Assembly: GCA_023213395.1 (NCBI GenBank)
Contig: CM041465.1
Coordinates: forward strand, 181,109,741-181,173,740
Length of the DNA stretch: 64,000 nt
Origin: Cycas panzhihuaensis
Taxonomy: Eukaryota; Plantae; Cycadophyta
Direction: 5' to 3'
Shown: positions 35,781 to 47,514 of the stretch, piece after piece
How the letters are laid out: every line of letters begins with the position of its first letter
Position numbering within the stretch: position 1 is the stretch's first letter
The notes under the pieces: model-generated
Told to the model about the DNA's origin: nothing
Seen by the model: the letters and a program-made list of their open reading frames with translations, nothing else
The model's database searches: none
Made by a program: the position numbers and the translations under genes

Positions 35781-38700
35781 TATTAAGACAAACAGTTGAT
35801 ATGAAAATAGCCTTCATGATTAAGAGAAAATAAAATCCTCATATATATACATCATGTGTAACATGTGTAGTTATTAGAGTTTATGCATGTATGCCACATG
35901 TCACAATTACATAAAAGAGGGATTTGACATATAACCCTCATGATAACATTAGAAATGAGCCTAAAGATAAAACATTATATTCAACACCCTCTCTTAATGT
36001 TTTATCTATTTTTCATTAATTCTAGGTCTATCTCTAAAGTATTGAAACTTGCTTTTAGCAAGTGGCTTTGTGAAAATACCAACAACCTGTTCTTCACTGA
36101 CACAGTGGAGTAGATCCAATTCTTTGCTTTGCACCTTTTTGCTTATAAAATGATGATGAACTTCAATATGTTTTGTTCTGGCATAAAATACTGGATTTTT
36201 TGTCATTTTGATAACACTTTGATTATCATAAAAAAAAAGTAGTAGGATGAGTTTGCTCTTGTTTCAAATCCTTTAGGAGCTATCAGATCCATACAGCTTC
36301 ACAAGTGGCATTGACTGCTATTTTATATTCAATTTTAGTGGATGATAAAGCTGCATTTGGTTGTTTCTTACCGCTCCATGACATTACTGTTGAACCAAGT
36401 GAAAAACAATATCCTGTTGTAGATTTTCTATCTTGGTTGTCTCTAACCCAGTCTGAGTCACTGTGTCCATTCAGTTGCATACTAAATATCTTAGTATAAC
36501 TTAGGCCTATGGTTAGTGTACCTTTGATATACCCGAGTATTCTCTTTGCTACATTCTAGTGTGAAATCTTTGATTGTTACATGCACTTAGAGATTACTCC
36601 AACTGAGTACAAGATGCCAGGTCTAGTGGCTGTGAGATAGATGAGACTGCCTACCAATTGCCTATACAATGTTGTATCTTGAGCATCTGTATCATGAATC
36701 AAAACACACCCTATCTCCATTGGAGTAGACCAACTGTTACAATCTTTCATTCTGAATTTTTTTAGAAGATTTCTAACATAGTTTGATTGTGATATAAAAA
36801 GTGAATTCTTCTATTGTTTAACTTCAATCCCAAGATAATAGTGAAGAAGACCTAAATCAGTCATTTCAAATTTTTTCTCCAATAGGTATTTTATTTGTAA
36901 GATAGACTCATCATCATTGCTTGTAATGATCATGTCATCTACATAAACAACAATGATAGTGATCAACTCATTATTTATTTTGATATATCGAGTAGGATCA
37001 GAACCACTTTTACTAAATCCATTTTGATTGAGATGTTTGTCCAATTTGGCACACTAGGCTCTCGGTGCTTGCTTTAGACCATAAAGAGGCTTTTTTAATT
37101 TGCAAACAAGATGTTCTTCTCCTTTCTTTATATAGCTAGTTGGTTGTTGCATATATACTTCTTCCTTGACACCTCCATTCAAAAAGGCACTTTTGACATC
37201 AACCATCCTAGCCGAGCTACTAAAGCTATAACTATTCTCACAGTTATTAACTTTGCTATAGGAGAGAAGGTTTTATCATAATATATTCCAGCAATTTGAG
37301 TATATCCCTTTGCTACTCTAGTTTAGCCTTATATTTTTCAACTATTCCATCGAATTTCTCCTTAATTTTATATACCCATTTACAGTCAATAATGGGTTTA
37401 TCCTTTGGAACACTAACCAATTTCCAGGTTTTGTTTTTTGTAATAGCATTCATTTTAGTATCCATTGCTTCCCTCCATTCAAAATGATCACTTACCTCTG
37501 CAAAACTTTCAGGTTCAATTGAACAAATTAAACTCTGATGTTTTTGAGACCTTGTTCTTTGTTCAAGCACGTCTCCTTTTGTTTTTTCAATTGTTTTGAT
37601 ATACCATTTAGGCATTTTCTTTGAACATTTTCCCGTGGTCACTTGGGAAGAACCCTGTTTAGGAATATTTTATACTTCTCCCAAACTTACTTCATAAGTG
37701 TTATCTTATGTGTTTCCTTCAGAACGTTCTTCGTTTGACTCGTTTGAGTTTGCCAAAGTGATCTTCGGCCTTTCTTCAATTGGAACAATTGACTTGTGAA
37801 GTTCCTCCACCTATCTGCAAATTATCTTGTCTCCTTGATTAGTTTGTTCATCAAAGACAACATCCCTGACGACATAGACCTTGTTTGTTTTTGGGTCTAT
37901 ACATCTATAAGCTTTAAACTTATCACTATAACCAATCATAATGCATTCTATGCTTTTGTTGTTTAGCTTAGTTCATCTTTTATTTGGAATATGAACATAA
38001 GCTTTACAACCAAAAATTTTAAGATTACTTACATCTACCTTCCTTCCTGTCCAAGCTTCTTTGGGAATTACTTTGTCCAAGGCTTGAGTTGGATTTCTGT
38101 TAATTAGGTACATCGATGTGTTAATAGCTTCTTCCTAGTATGTTTTTGAGACTACTCTTTCATCTATCAAACTTCTAGCCATTTCCATTATTATGTTCAC
38201 GTGTTCTACTATTCCATTCGATTGAGGTGTATAGGGAGTTGTCACCTGTCTTTGTATTCCATGCAACTTATAGAAATGATGAAAATCACTTGATATGTAC
38301 TCACCTCCTCCATTAGAATGAAGACTCTTGATTTTGCATCCACTTTCTAATTCAACTTGGGCCTTAAACTCTTTGAAATAATCTAGAGCTTTAGATTTGC
38401 TGAAAAGAAAGTATACCCATGTTTTCCTGGAGAAATCATCAATAAATGTAAGAAAATACCTTACACCATTTATAGAATTTGGAGTTATGGGTCCACACAA
38501 GTCAGTATGAATTAACTCTAATTTCTTTTCAGCTCTCTACGTCCCCTCCTGGAATGGGACTTCATGTTGCTTAACCACCATACAACTTTTAGAAACAAAG
38601 GAATTAAATGTTATATCTGGAAGTCCATTCACCATATTATAATTTTATAATAATTCTAATCTTTTGTTTGAGATATGCCCATATTTAGAACGCCAGATTT

Positions 38701-40228
38701 CATTAGAAGAAGTGCAAATAGCAAGAGATTTTACATTAGAAGTTAGCAGAATGAGAGCAGCAATTAATTTATATAGATTATTAACTTCTCTCCCTTTTGC
38801 AATTACAGTACCATTCTTTTTCATGTCACACACAAGACAATTTCCATTTTCATCGAAGATGACTTAGAGTCTCTTCCTTTTAAGCTAAGATATAGATAAT
38901 AAATTTTTCTTTAGACTTAGGACATAGAGAACATTACCAATCTCCTTGACTTCATTATCAACTTTGATAGCTATTGTCCCTTTTCCTTGAATATGAATAA
39001 GAAAATTGTTGCCAAGTTCAACAGATCTGTCAAGAAAATAGGGTCTCAAAGATTCAAACCATTCTTCTTGCCTAGTCATATGGTTTGATGCCCTTGAGTC
39101 TATATAAGGTCATCATTGAAGCTTAAGCTCATGGCCAGTGTTGCGACAAATGTAGTTTCTTCATCCTCCTCTTCATATTGTTCATTGTTGTAGATGCCTT
39201 CAACCCTTTTCTCTCTTTGAATGTCTACAAGTCTCTAAGGACAGCGATTAGAAAATTGTCCAGATTGACCATAATGAAAGCAATTTGATGCTCTACAGTG
39301 GCTAGAGAAGTGACCATATCTTCCACAATTAAAGCAAACTCTAGACTCCTGTTGAAACAAGATTGTCTTTGAGAGTAGTAATTTTTGTCACAAATTCTAA
39401 TACTATATGTCCTTCTCTCAGGTGAAGTTTATATAACTCTTCTCTTAAGGATATTGTATGGGCTTCATTTTTTTGACTAAAGAGAGAAGTTAGGGCTTTC
39501 CAAACATTTGCTAATGTGGTAGCTCCAACAATGTGGGTTAATAGAGAATCCCCAATAGACAACATGAGAGTTGCATGTGCCTACTTATTCATTTCTTCCA
39601 AACTAATTTGGTCTACAATTTCGAAGGGTTTTTTTCCTTCCCCTATGACCATCTTCTAGGCAATTTTTGCCCTCAAAAGTCCTTCCATTTGCAATTTCCA
39701 AGTATTAAAATTTTGCCATGTGAGTTTATAAGGATCAATCAGAGAGAAAACTAATGGAAGCCATATTGTTGAAAGAAAAGAAATGAAAGTCTATAAAACA
39801 AGAAGTACTGAGAGAATCTAGCAAAATACCATACAATTGTACGATTATACGGAAATGAATAGATTTTTATGGTTGCACAAATTTAAGAAAAAATGGTGTC
39901 AAATAAAAGCTAATAAAATTTGCTTTTCAAATCTGAAAAAAAAAAAATTATTTTGACCAGTGAAACTCTTGGAAAATGGCTCAAAAAGTGTACGGCCATT
40001 TAGGCCTTTTTGGAGAAAAATGCCTATATCTTTACAATTCTTCAATGAAATTTGACAAACTCGAACTTGAATGAACCGTATTCTTCAAACAATAAATTTA
40101 AGACAAATTTTACCCAGAATGATTACTTCTTTTGAGAGAAATCTGCAGTTGATCTTCCAAACCAACATTTCTAAAAAACAAAGGAAAACACGCCTTTAAG
40201 ACACCATGATAAAGCATTATATTCAACA
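35781..40228 (-). mobile_element. Copia element H (C family, decayed)
   Basis: TSD TCCAC (35776-80 / 40229-33). 3' LTR 35781-35986 plus PPT; 5' LTR collapsed to 40207-40228. Gag, PR, INT (CGPI..FIDDFSRKTW), RT (YVDD) and RH fragments; the PKWY linker is shared with C. Confidence 0.88.
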
Positions 40229-40259
40229 TCCACATACTTTGTATTTCACATTTCGTCAA

Positions 40260-43200
40260 TATGCTTGCACAAGTTGTGAACCCGAAAGTCCAAAGATGGC
40301 TGGTCATGGATTTTTAGCCAACCTAGGCCTCCTCAAGTGTCTCGTTCCAAACTGTTGTGGTGGAACTCCAATTTGACAAGTAAGCAATGGTGTGGACTAC
40401 TTCTGCCCAATATGACTATGTAAGACCTTGAGTGTGCATCATGGCCTTAGCCTTACTAACAAGAGTTTTGTTTATTCTTTTTGCCACACCATTTTGTTGA
40501 GGTGTATAAGGGGCAAAAAATTGGCATTTGATATCATTCTAAATACAAAACTAATTGAATTCCTTAGATGTGTACTCCCCATCATTGTCAGAGTGAAGTG
40601 TCTCAATTCGCATGCCTGACTCATTTTCCACTACAAGTCTAAATTCTTTAAACTTATTAAGTGCTTATGATTTATATTTGAGAAAATAAGCCCACACTTT
40701 ATGCGAGTAATCATCAATAAAGGTGATGAAAAATAAAGCTCCACCAAGTAACTGTGTAGACATGGGTCCACAAATATCTAAATGGACCAATTGTAGTAAG
40801 TGTCATGCTCTTCAAGCCTAACATTTTTTAAAAGGTTCCTGATGTTGCTTCCCTATAATGCAAGTTTCACATAGGCAATTACCCGCTAAGATTTTGGATA
40901 AGCTATACACCATGTTATGTTTGAACATCAATCTGATGTTGTCTAGGTTCAAGTGACCTAGTCCTTCCATGCCATAACTGAGTTTTATTTGGAGAATGTG
41001 AGACTAAGGCATGAGATTTGCCAAATGTTACATATAATTTGTAGAGGCCATAATCCTCATGACCAATAGCAACAATTTGGTCTTCTTTGTCTCTAATGAT
41101 ATATTTCTTGCCTTTAAACAATACATTCATCTGTTGTTTGTCTAGTTGGTTAACAAAGAGTAAGTTTCTAAGCATTCCTAGTACTAGAAACACGTTGCCA
41201 CTAGGAAATGTAGGAGCAGTAAATTGATTATTAAGAGGTGCAATTATATCAACACCTGAAATTTCTACAGTGATGTTATCCCTAAAAGTCACTATTTTAC
41301 CCTTGTTTTCTTGTATATCAATTAACAAATTAGCATCACCTATCATGCACCTAATTCGACAACCCACGTGTTCTCATTTTAACAATCACTATAAACACAA
41401 AAGAGTTTATCGCTCTGATTGTGCTATGTTGCATGGCCTTGAAAACCACTACAAACTATCCCACTTGGATTATCACAATGACCACTTTAGAATGCAGTTT
41501 GAGTTGGTCCTTGCGGGGGTTGATGTTATTATCGTTATTGATGTTGTTGTTGTTGTCGTCGTAAGTCACTATGTTTCTTCTTGCATTCAAGCTGAATGTG
41601 GCCTGCTTTGCCACAATAATGACAGATGTCAATCTTTGATTTGGTTGAATTAATATTAAGACTACCAAATTTCTTCTGAACATTCTGCTTGGGTTGAAAT
41701 GGCTACTTCCCCTTAAACTTGACTATGAAAGCACCCGATATGCTTGCTAGTGGTATGTGCTCCAATACCACATGACTGCCTAAGATCTCTTGGAGAGGGA
41801 GTGTGCCAAGAGATTAAGATGATTAGCATCACATCAATATCACTATGAGGATAAGCAACTAAGTAAGCATAAACTCAAGATAGAAATGGAGGAGTAAGAA
41901 TTGTTCCTATCTCCAAATAACAAGATTAGCTTGTATTCAAATGAGCAACATAACAATACAATCCCTCACTCTCATATTTTCTATGCTCTACATAAGAAAT
42001 GGTCCTAATATATAGAGGAGGAGGAGGAACCTTAGAAGGCTACATATTTAACACTTGTCAAACATGCATGCCTTGACCCATGTGCACTCACATGTGCAAA
42101 AGTGCATGAGGGGTACATTGCTCCTCAAGTCACAACATTGTGCTCACTAGAAAGAATGTGGGTGTGTACTTCATCACATTAGGTGGTAAAGTACCCTTAC
42201 ATAAAGTACATAACATTACAATATAGAGTACATGACTTAACATTTAAACATAAAGGTCTAACACTTACCTCATTCTACCGCACATAGTTTTTCTCCTTTT
42301 GCAACAATAAACTTTCTAACTCGTTGAAAGTTAGAATAGACAGAGTGCCATTTCGAAAGATGTCTGAAATAAAGTTGTTATACTCTTTTGGAAGAACATG
42401 AATTGTAGCAGTAATCAAGTTTGCATTGAAAGTTAGCTTTCCAAGAGTCATTAGCTGATTGCTTATAGCTTTTATAGAAGACAAATAAGCCCCCATGGGC
42501 ACAACAAATTGCAAGTTAAATAGCTTAGCTTTATACATTACAATTCAAGCATCATCTTTTCGTTCATATAATGAAACAATTGTATCCCAAGCTTGTTTGG
42601 ATGTAGTTGTTGATTTCATATTCTGATCAACATTATCATTCACAGACAAATGAATAAATGCAACTGCAACTTCATCTTTTACTTTGAAAGCAACAAGTGC
42701 AACAGGATCAACAAGAATCAAAGTGTTTGGATTTGTTGGATCTAGTGTTAGTTTGGGTTTGGCGATAATGCCAAACACATAATCCCATAACTCATTCATA
42801 ATTAACAAGTTGTTTGCTTGCTTCTTCCATGCCAGATAGTTTTCAATGCCTGTTAACTTAACTGTGTTTGCATTAAGCATCTGAGTTGCCATGATTAAAT
42901 ATTGTAACTGAAAAATAAACTTGGAAACCATTATGCTGTTTGAGTTTCAATATATATCTCAAATTATTAAGCACTAGGCTAAAAATTATGAAGATTGAAT
43001 GGAGGGCTTCACTCGCAAGTCGTCCAGCCTAATGACAAAATCAAATGTTGGCCAAGTTATCAGAATCAGTACAATTGAGGCAGGGTTGATTTGCATAGTA
43101 TACCATACTTTCTTCAGTGCTCATAGCACTAATAACACCCTTTTTGAGCCTCCCCACCTTACGTCTTAATTGTCATGCACTGGTCATAAAATTTATTGGT

Positions 43201-43430
43201 CCCTAAGGAATGCACTGAGCTTAAGACTTTGCTTTTTTTGAATTTTTTAAGCTGATTACAAGTGGATTTTAATGCTGCTTTAAAACATGCCTTGGAGGCT
43301 TTTTTGAGGCTGCCATGGTGGTTGGTGATGAATTCATGGATCTCGACCTTGCTCACAACTAGTTTGATCACCACAAATTGCAGATGAGCCTCCTTTGTTG
43401 CCATTGCCTTTAGCATGAGGTTGAAATGCA
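40260..43430 (-). mobile_element. Copia element I (D family; truncated: leader, gag, PR, part of INT); boundaries approximate
   Basis: MATQMLNANTVKLTGIENY..LLIMNELWDYVFG..TFNELESLLLQ matches D gag. INT remnants at 40270-40900. No flanking LTR pair seen. Confidence 0.8.
41745..42263 (-). repeat. Solo LTR related to the D LTR, inserted in I gag
   Basis: gggtgtgtacttcatcacattaggtggtaaagtaccc is the rc of the D LTR core. The I gag reading NEV|SISGAF rejoins across it. TSD ambiguous. Confidence 0.7.
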
Positions 43431-44312
43431 AATATCAATTTCAATTATGTATTTTCAATTTATAAATGTTAATAATTGTTTCAATTCTATATTTCCTATT
43501 TCAAATATGCATGTGTGTGTGTACAGAAAGTGCGTAGGCACTTCTACATTTCCAGGATTTTTTGAAACTAGCATTTCCACGTTCCCCCATTTCACGCTAC
43601 TTAGACATTGTGCCATGATTGTAACAAAATGCAACAAATTCCCTTTAAATAGGTTGACTTTTAGGGTATTTACACCCATAAATCATGCATGAAAGAAATA
43701 GCTCTCCTCGACCCATAGGAGGCTCTACATTGACCACCTAATCATATCAAAAGACCTTTCACTAAAACCTGTGGAATGGATGGAGGCCACGCTAGATAGG
43801 TCCCACACCTCCCCTAGCTACAGAAGATGATTGTTGGAATATGTCCTACAACTAAAACAAATGGAAGTAGTGAAAAGGTTCCTATCATTCTAATAGGGCC
43901 ATACAACACCCTAATGATAATGCAAGGGATGTGTCCACCCAACTCTATACCACAGCAAAAAACTCTACCTTTGGGTAGGAGGAATCCATTTTTTTCTAAT
44001 TCTTATTCTTCTAATGTTTGTCAATACATAATATCTACACTTGCTTTACTGATGCACATCTTACCTGCCACCAGAGCTGATTTTTTATAAAAGATTTCAG
44101 TAGTGATCCTCTATATAATATTTTGTGCATGCCAACACAACTGGGTTTAATTTGATATAATCGAGCAAATATTCTAAGAAAATGAAAAGAGCCAGGTGGG
44201 GGTGGGGGGTGGCAGGGAGGGGAATCAGACTTTAAAAAAAGCATTTGTACAATCACAGGTGCCGTAAAATGACAAAATTTTCTTGAGCCTCATTCTAAAT
44301 GAAGCAACTGAC

Positions 44313-44371
44313 CTCAATTTGGCATTCATTGTCTCACATCTCTTGCAAAGCCAAGCTTTCCTTAGTCCATC
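44313..44371 (-). CDS. AUG4: AUG4 internal exon f
   Basis: DGLRKAWLCKRCETMNAKL(R); 59 bp; tgtag/gtcagt borders. The next exon (VLEH/NxLL..TYT) was not found in the window. Confidence 0.93.
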
Positions 44372-44658
44372 CTACATGAACCATAAAAGATAAGAATTGG
44401 AACAACAATTCACACAAGTTTGCCAACCTTAAAAGCTGGAAACAAAAAGATAAAGGCAAAGCCTGGCTTCAAAGCAAGAGCATGCTATTGCAGACATCAG
44501 GTTTTCCAATATAAAAGAATGGAGCATCAAATCTAGCTACAGGCATATATATAAAATCTTGTCCCTTTAACTTTGATGAAGACAATTTCCCCCATTTTTC
44601 TCCTTTCATACAATATGGTTTCAAGATATATCTATGAATATACAGTTGGACAACGTAC

Positions 44659-44730
44659 ATATTGATGCTGGTGTTGCAGCTTGAAATCTTTCACCAGCTT
44701 AAGTAGCACTCCAAGTATTTGCTCCAACAC
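44659..44730 (-). CDS. AUG4: AUG4 internal exon e
   Basis: VLEQILGVLLKLVKDFKLQHQHQY; 72 bp; AG/GT borders. Confidence 0.93.
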
Positions 44731-44955
44731 CTGAAGGTAATATACTCACGACATATATATCACTCAGAATCGTAAGAAAAAAACACATAAAAAATCAAAA
44801 ATTAAAACCGAAAGAAGGCCAAACAGAAAAATAGTGTAGACCGTTACAAGTTAATCACCAAAACCTACAACAGTAAGAAAAAAATTATTAGAAAACTATG
44901 TATTAAAACGCAAATACTAAACAATATTGAACTCCTATGATATGCAGTCACATAC

Positions 44956-45049
44956 ATTGTAATATTCAGCAAATTTTCTATCTGCAGAATAAAGGTCCTC
45001 AAGCAAAGCTGCCTCCTCTCTTTCAATCTCTTCAACAGCTGACTTCACT
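44956..45049 (-). CDS. AUG4: AUG4 internal exon d
   Basis: (R)VKSAVEEIEREEAALLEDLYSADRKFAEYYN; 94 bp; AG/GT borders. Confidence 0.93.
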
Positions 45050-45633
45050 CTGTTACAATGAGCATGAAACAGTTACAGCTAGTAGGTGATTCTACAAATA
45101 GAACACAATTTCACAATATAAGTTTCACTAAAGGAAAAGTATATCTGATCTCAAACATGACACCAAAATTATGCATTTCTAACCTCCATTTTAGATAAAA
45201 TGTTTATCACTCAAGGTCTTAAATACTCACTATCCAGTTTTGAAATCATTAGATGCATATAATACTAAACATAGCCATGCAGAGAAAGGTATCCAGAACA
45301 TGTCCTTCAATGTTACATTGAGAAAAGAATTTTAAAATGCCTAGCATTATGCTAAAAATAATATGCAACAATCATTTGTATAATGTGTAATGAGAGCAAT
45401 ATCCAATATTTTTAGCAAACCAATGCACCCAGACAACTTGCACAATAAAACCAAAAAAACAAATTTTCACAGCTCCTGCTCCACCAGCTGTTGCACTCTC
45501 CACTTGCCACCCGCTCACCTACCAGTTGGTGCCCCCTACCCCCATCCATCCTTAAAAAAATAAAAAAATGTGCTAAACAATCCCCCCTTTAAAAAAGTTC
45601 TAAAACAGATTGCACAGTTGCACCCAAACTGAC

Positions 45634-45679
45634 CTTTCAGGAAGCCGCAGACTCTGAGAAGGGTTGGTTCCAGACATAT
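45634..45679 (-). CDS. AUG4: AUG4 internal exon c
   Basis: (D)MSGTNPSQSLRLPE(R); 46 bp, phase 1/2; ctccag/gtcagt borders. Confidence 0.88.
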
Positions 45680-45826
45680 CTGGAGCAGAAACAGATCAAT
45701 GTAGATGAGAAAACAAAACAAAAACGAGCAGCAATGTCAGATGTTAAGAAGAATCTCTCAAAAAATTTAGCGTTTACATCAAGTGAAACACCAATCACAT
45801 TAAAATGCAAACCAATTCTAATGTAC

Positions 45827-45926
45827 CTATTTCATCCATCATAAAGGCTTCAGAAAGCTTGTCACATTTAGCTTTCAAGCGTGACTCAATCTCAAGAATC
45901 AAAGACATCTGATAGCCAGTGCTATC
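45827..45926 (-). CDS. AUG4: AUG4 internal exon b
   Basis: DSTGYQMSLILEIESRLKAKCDKLSEAFMMDEI plus 1 nt; AG/GT borders; frame continuous with exon a. Confidence 0.92.
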
Positions 45927-46540
45927 CTGCAAAAAACAAATAGCCATTAATATAAATGACCCTACATAGCAGAATGGTATTCATTATTCTACCATATTTG
46001 TTATTCCAGAAATATTACATGCAATCTCTCATCCCCAGATACTTGATTGGCTTTCAAAAACTGGCTTGATCCCAAAGCTGTGAAATTTTCCTTTTTATTT
46101 TAAGATAAAGTAGCATGTAGGCACAAGTAATCCTTTGTAAGATTTATCCTCTCACAGACCTAGTGAAAGTTCAATGCCTCCGCTAACCTTACTACACCTT
46201 CAGAACTATCATAGAAATTGAAAGCATAGACATGGGAATATTTTATTTCATGTAGTTAAAAAGCCAATAGATTCCTCTTATGATGAATCTCATATTAGAG
46301 GCACTTCCAAAAAAGAGCAACCATAGTAGGTTGAGCAAGAAGTCCCAAGGTAATTGTGGTATTGATTCCCAGAATAAGTGTATCCATGCTTGGGGCCTAT
46401 GTAGAATTGTTCATGGATGCCATGCAACTACATGGGAAATTGAATGACTCGCCATCAGTTAGCAAATGCATCATCTGAAATATATCAGAGACCACCCCCA
46501 CTTCATCACAGACATTTGCATAATAAATCAAAGACCCTAC

Positions 46541-46906
46541 CTCAGCAAAGGGTGCTCGTAGTAGATGGGTCTGTCGCAACCATGCAGGAGTCACTCCTAG
46601 AAAACGGTTGGCAACTCCTCCAACACCTGGCTCTGTAATTTCAGAACTATACGATGAAGTTGTCATGTTATTATTGCCACCACCAAGGCTATTGGTTGAA
46701 TAAGTATTCACACTAGTAGAGGTGGTTGAATTAGAACTGGAGCTAATGGTGATACTAGTACTTGTGCTATCAAGAGAGCTCCTGGAAATTATACTCCATT
46801 TCTCTATCTCCTCCTCTGGTATTTCCCCGTCCTTTGAAAGAAGGGGAAGCCTCAATCGTTGGGCAGCCTCTGCAACAACTAGACGTTGTTCCAGAGCTTC
46901 ATACAC
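46541..46906 (-). CDS. AUG4: AUGMIN subunit 4 (HAUS4-like), internal exon a
   Basis: Translates VYEALEQRLVVAEAAQRLRLPLLSKDGEIPEEEIEKWSIISRSSLDS...GGVANRFLGVTPAW...APFAE, matching plant AUG4 as I recall it. Canonical cag/GT borders; 366 bp, phase 0/0. Confidence 0.93.
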
Positions 46907-47514
46907 CTGCAACACTGTCAGAGCATCAAACTAAAATCTTACTGAAATGCAATCAAAGAAACAAGCAATCATCACAGTCAAACTTTAAAATGTTAAAACT
47001 TCAAACTCAAATCCAATATTCACTGCTTCTTCCAGACAACAAACCAACAATGGAACTTGCCAGATGTAACATGATAGATTTTGAATGTTAGACTTAAGAT
47101 GTCCCCTAGTACAGAAGCAGTGCATGAATGTGTACAACTCCAGTGGTTAGTATAATACAGTCAATTTTTCTCCAAGTATGGAATCAGTGTATGCATGCAT
47201 ACAACTCCTGTGATTAGTATAAGACAGCCACGTTTTTGCATACCATGCAGTGTTTAATAAACTACAAGAGTTTTGAGCATGTTAAATATTGTTATTGTCA
47301 TAGCCCAGTGTATGCACATACTACACAGGAACATATTAATCTTTTAGAGAACCAGATCTCTCCAATCAATAACCCATTACCCATATTTTTATTGACCTGA
47401 TATGTATACAGAAATACATCCACTCATTTATGGCCAAACCAAAAACAGGAAAATCAAGCAAAAAGCAAAAGCATCACTCAAGACATGGCTCACTGAATGG
47501 GCAAAACTCCAGTG

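Noticed and set aside
43430-44280. Possible next AUG4 exon or small TE
   Set aside because: No frame matching the expected VLExLLL..TYT exon, and no TIR, TSD or LTR boundaries could be defined.
46397-46915. 172-aa ORF as a standalone gene
   Set aside because: It is AUG4 exon a read through into intron sequence on both sides.
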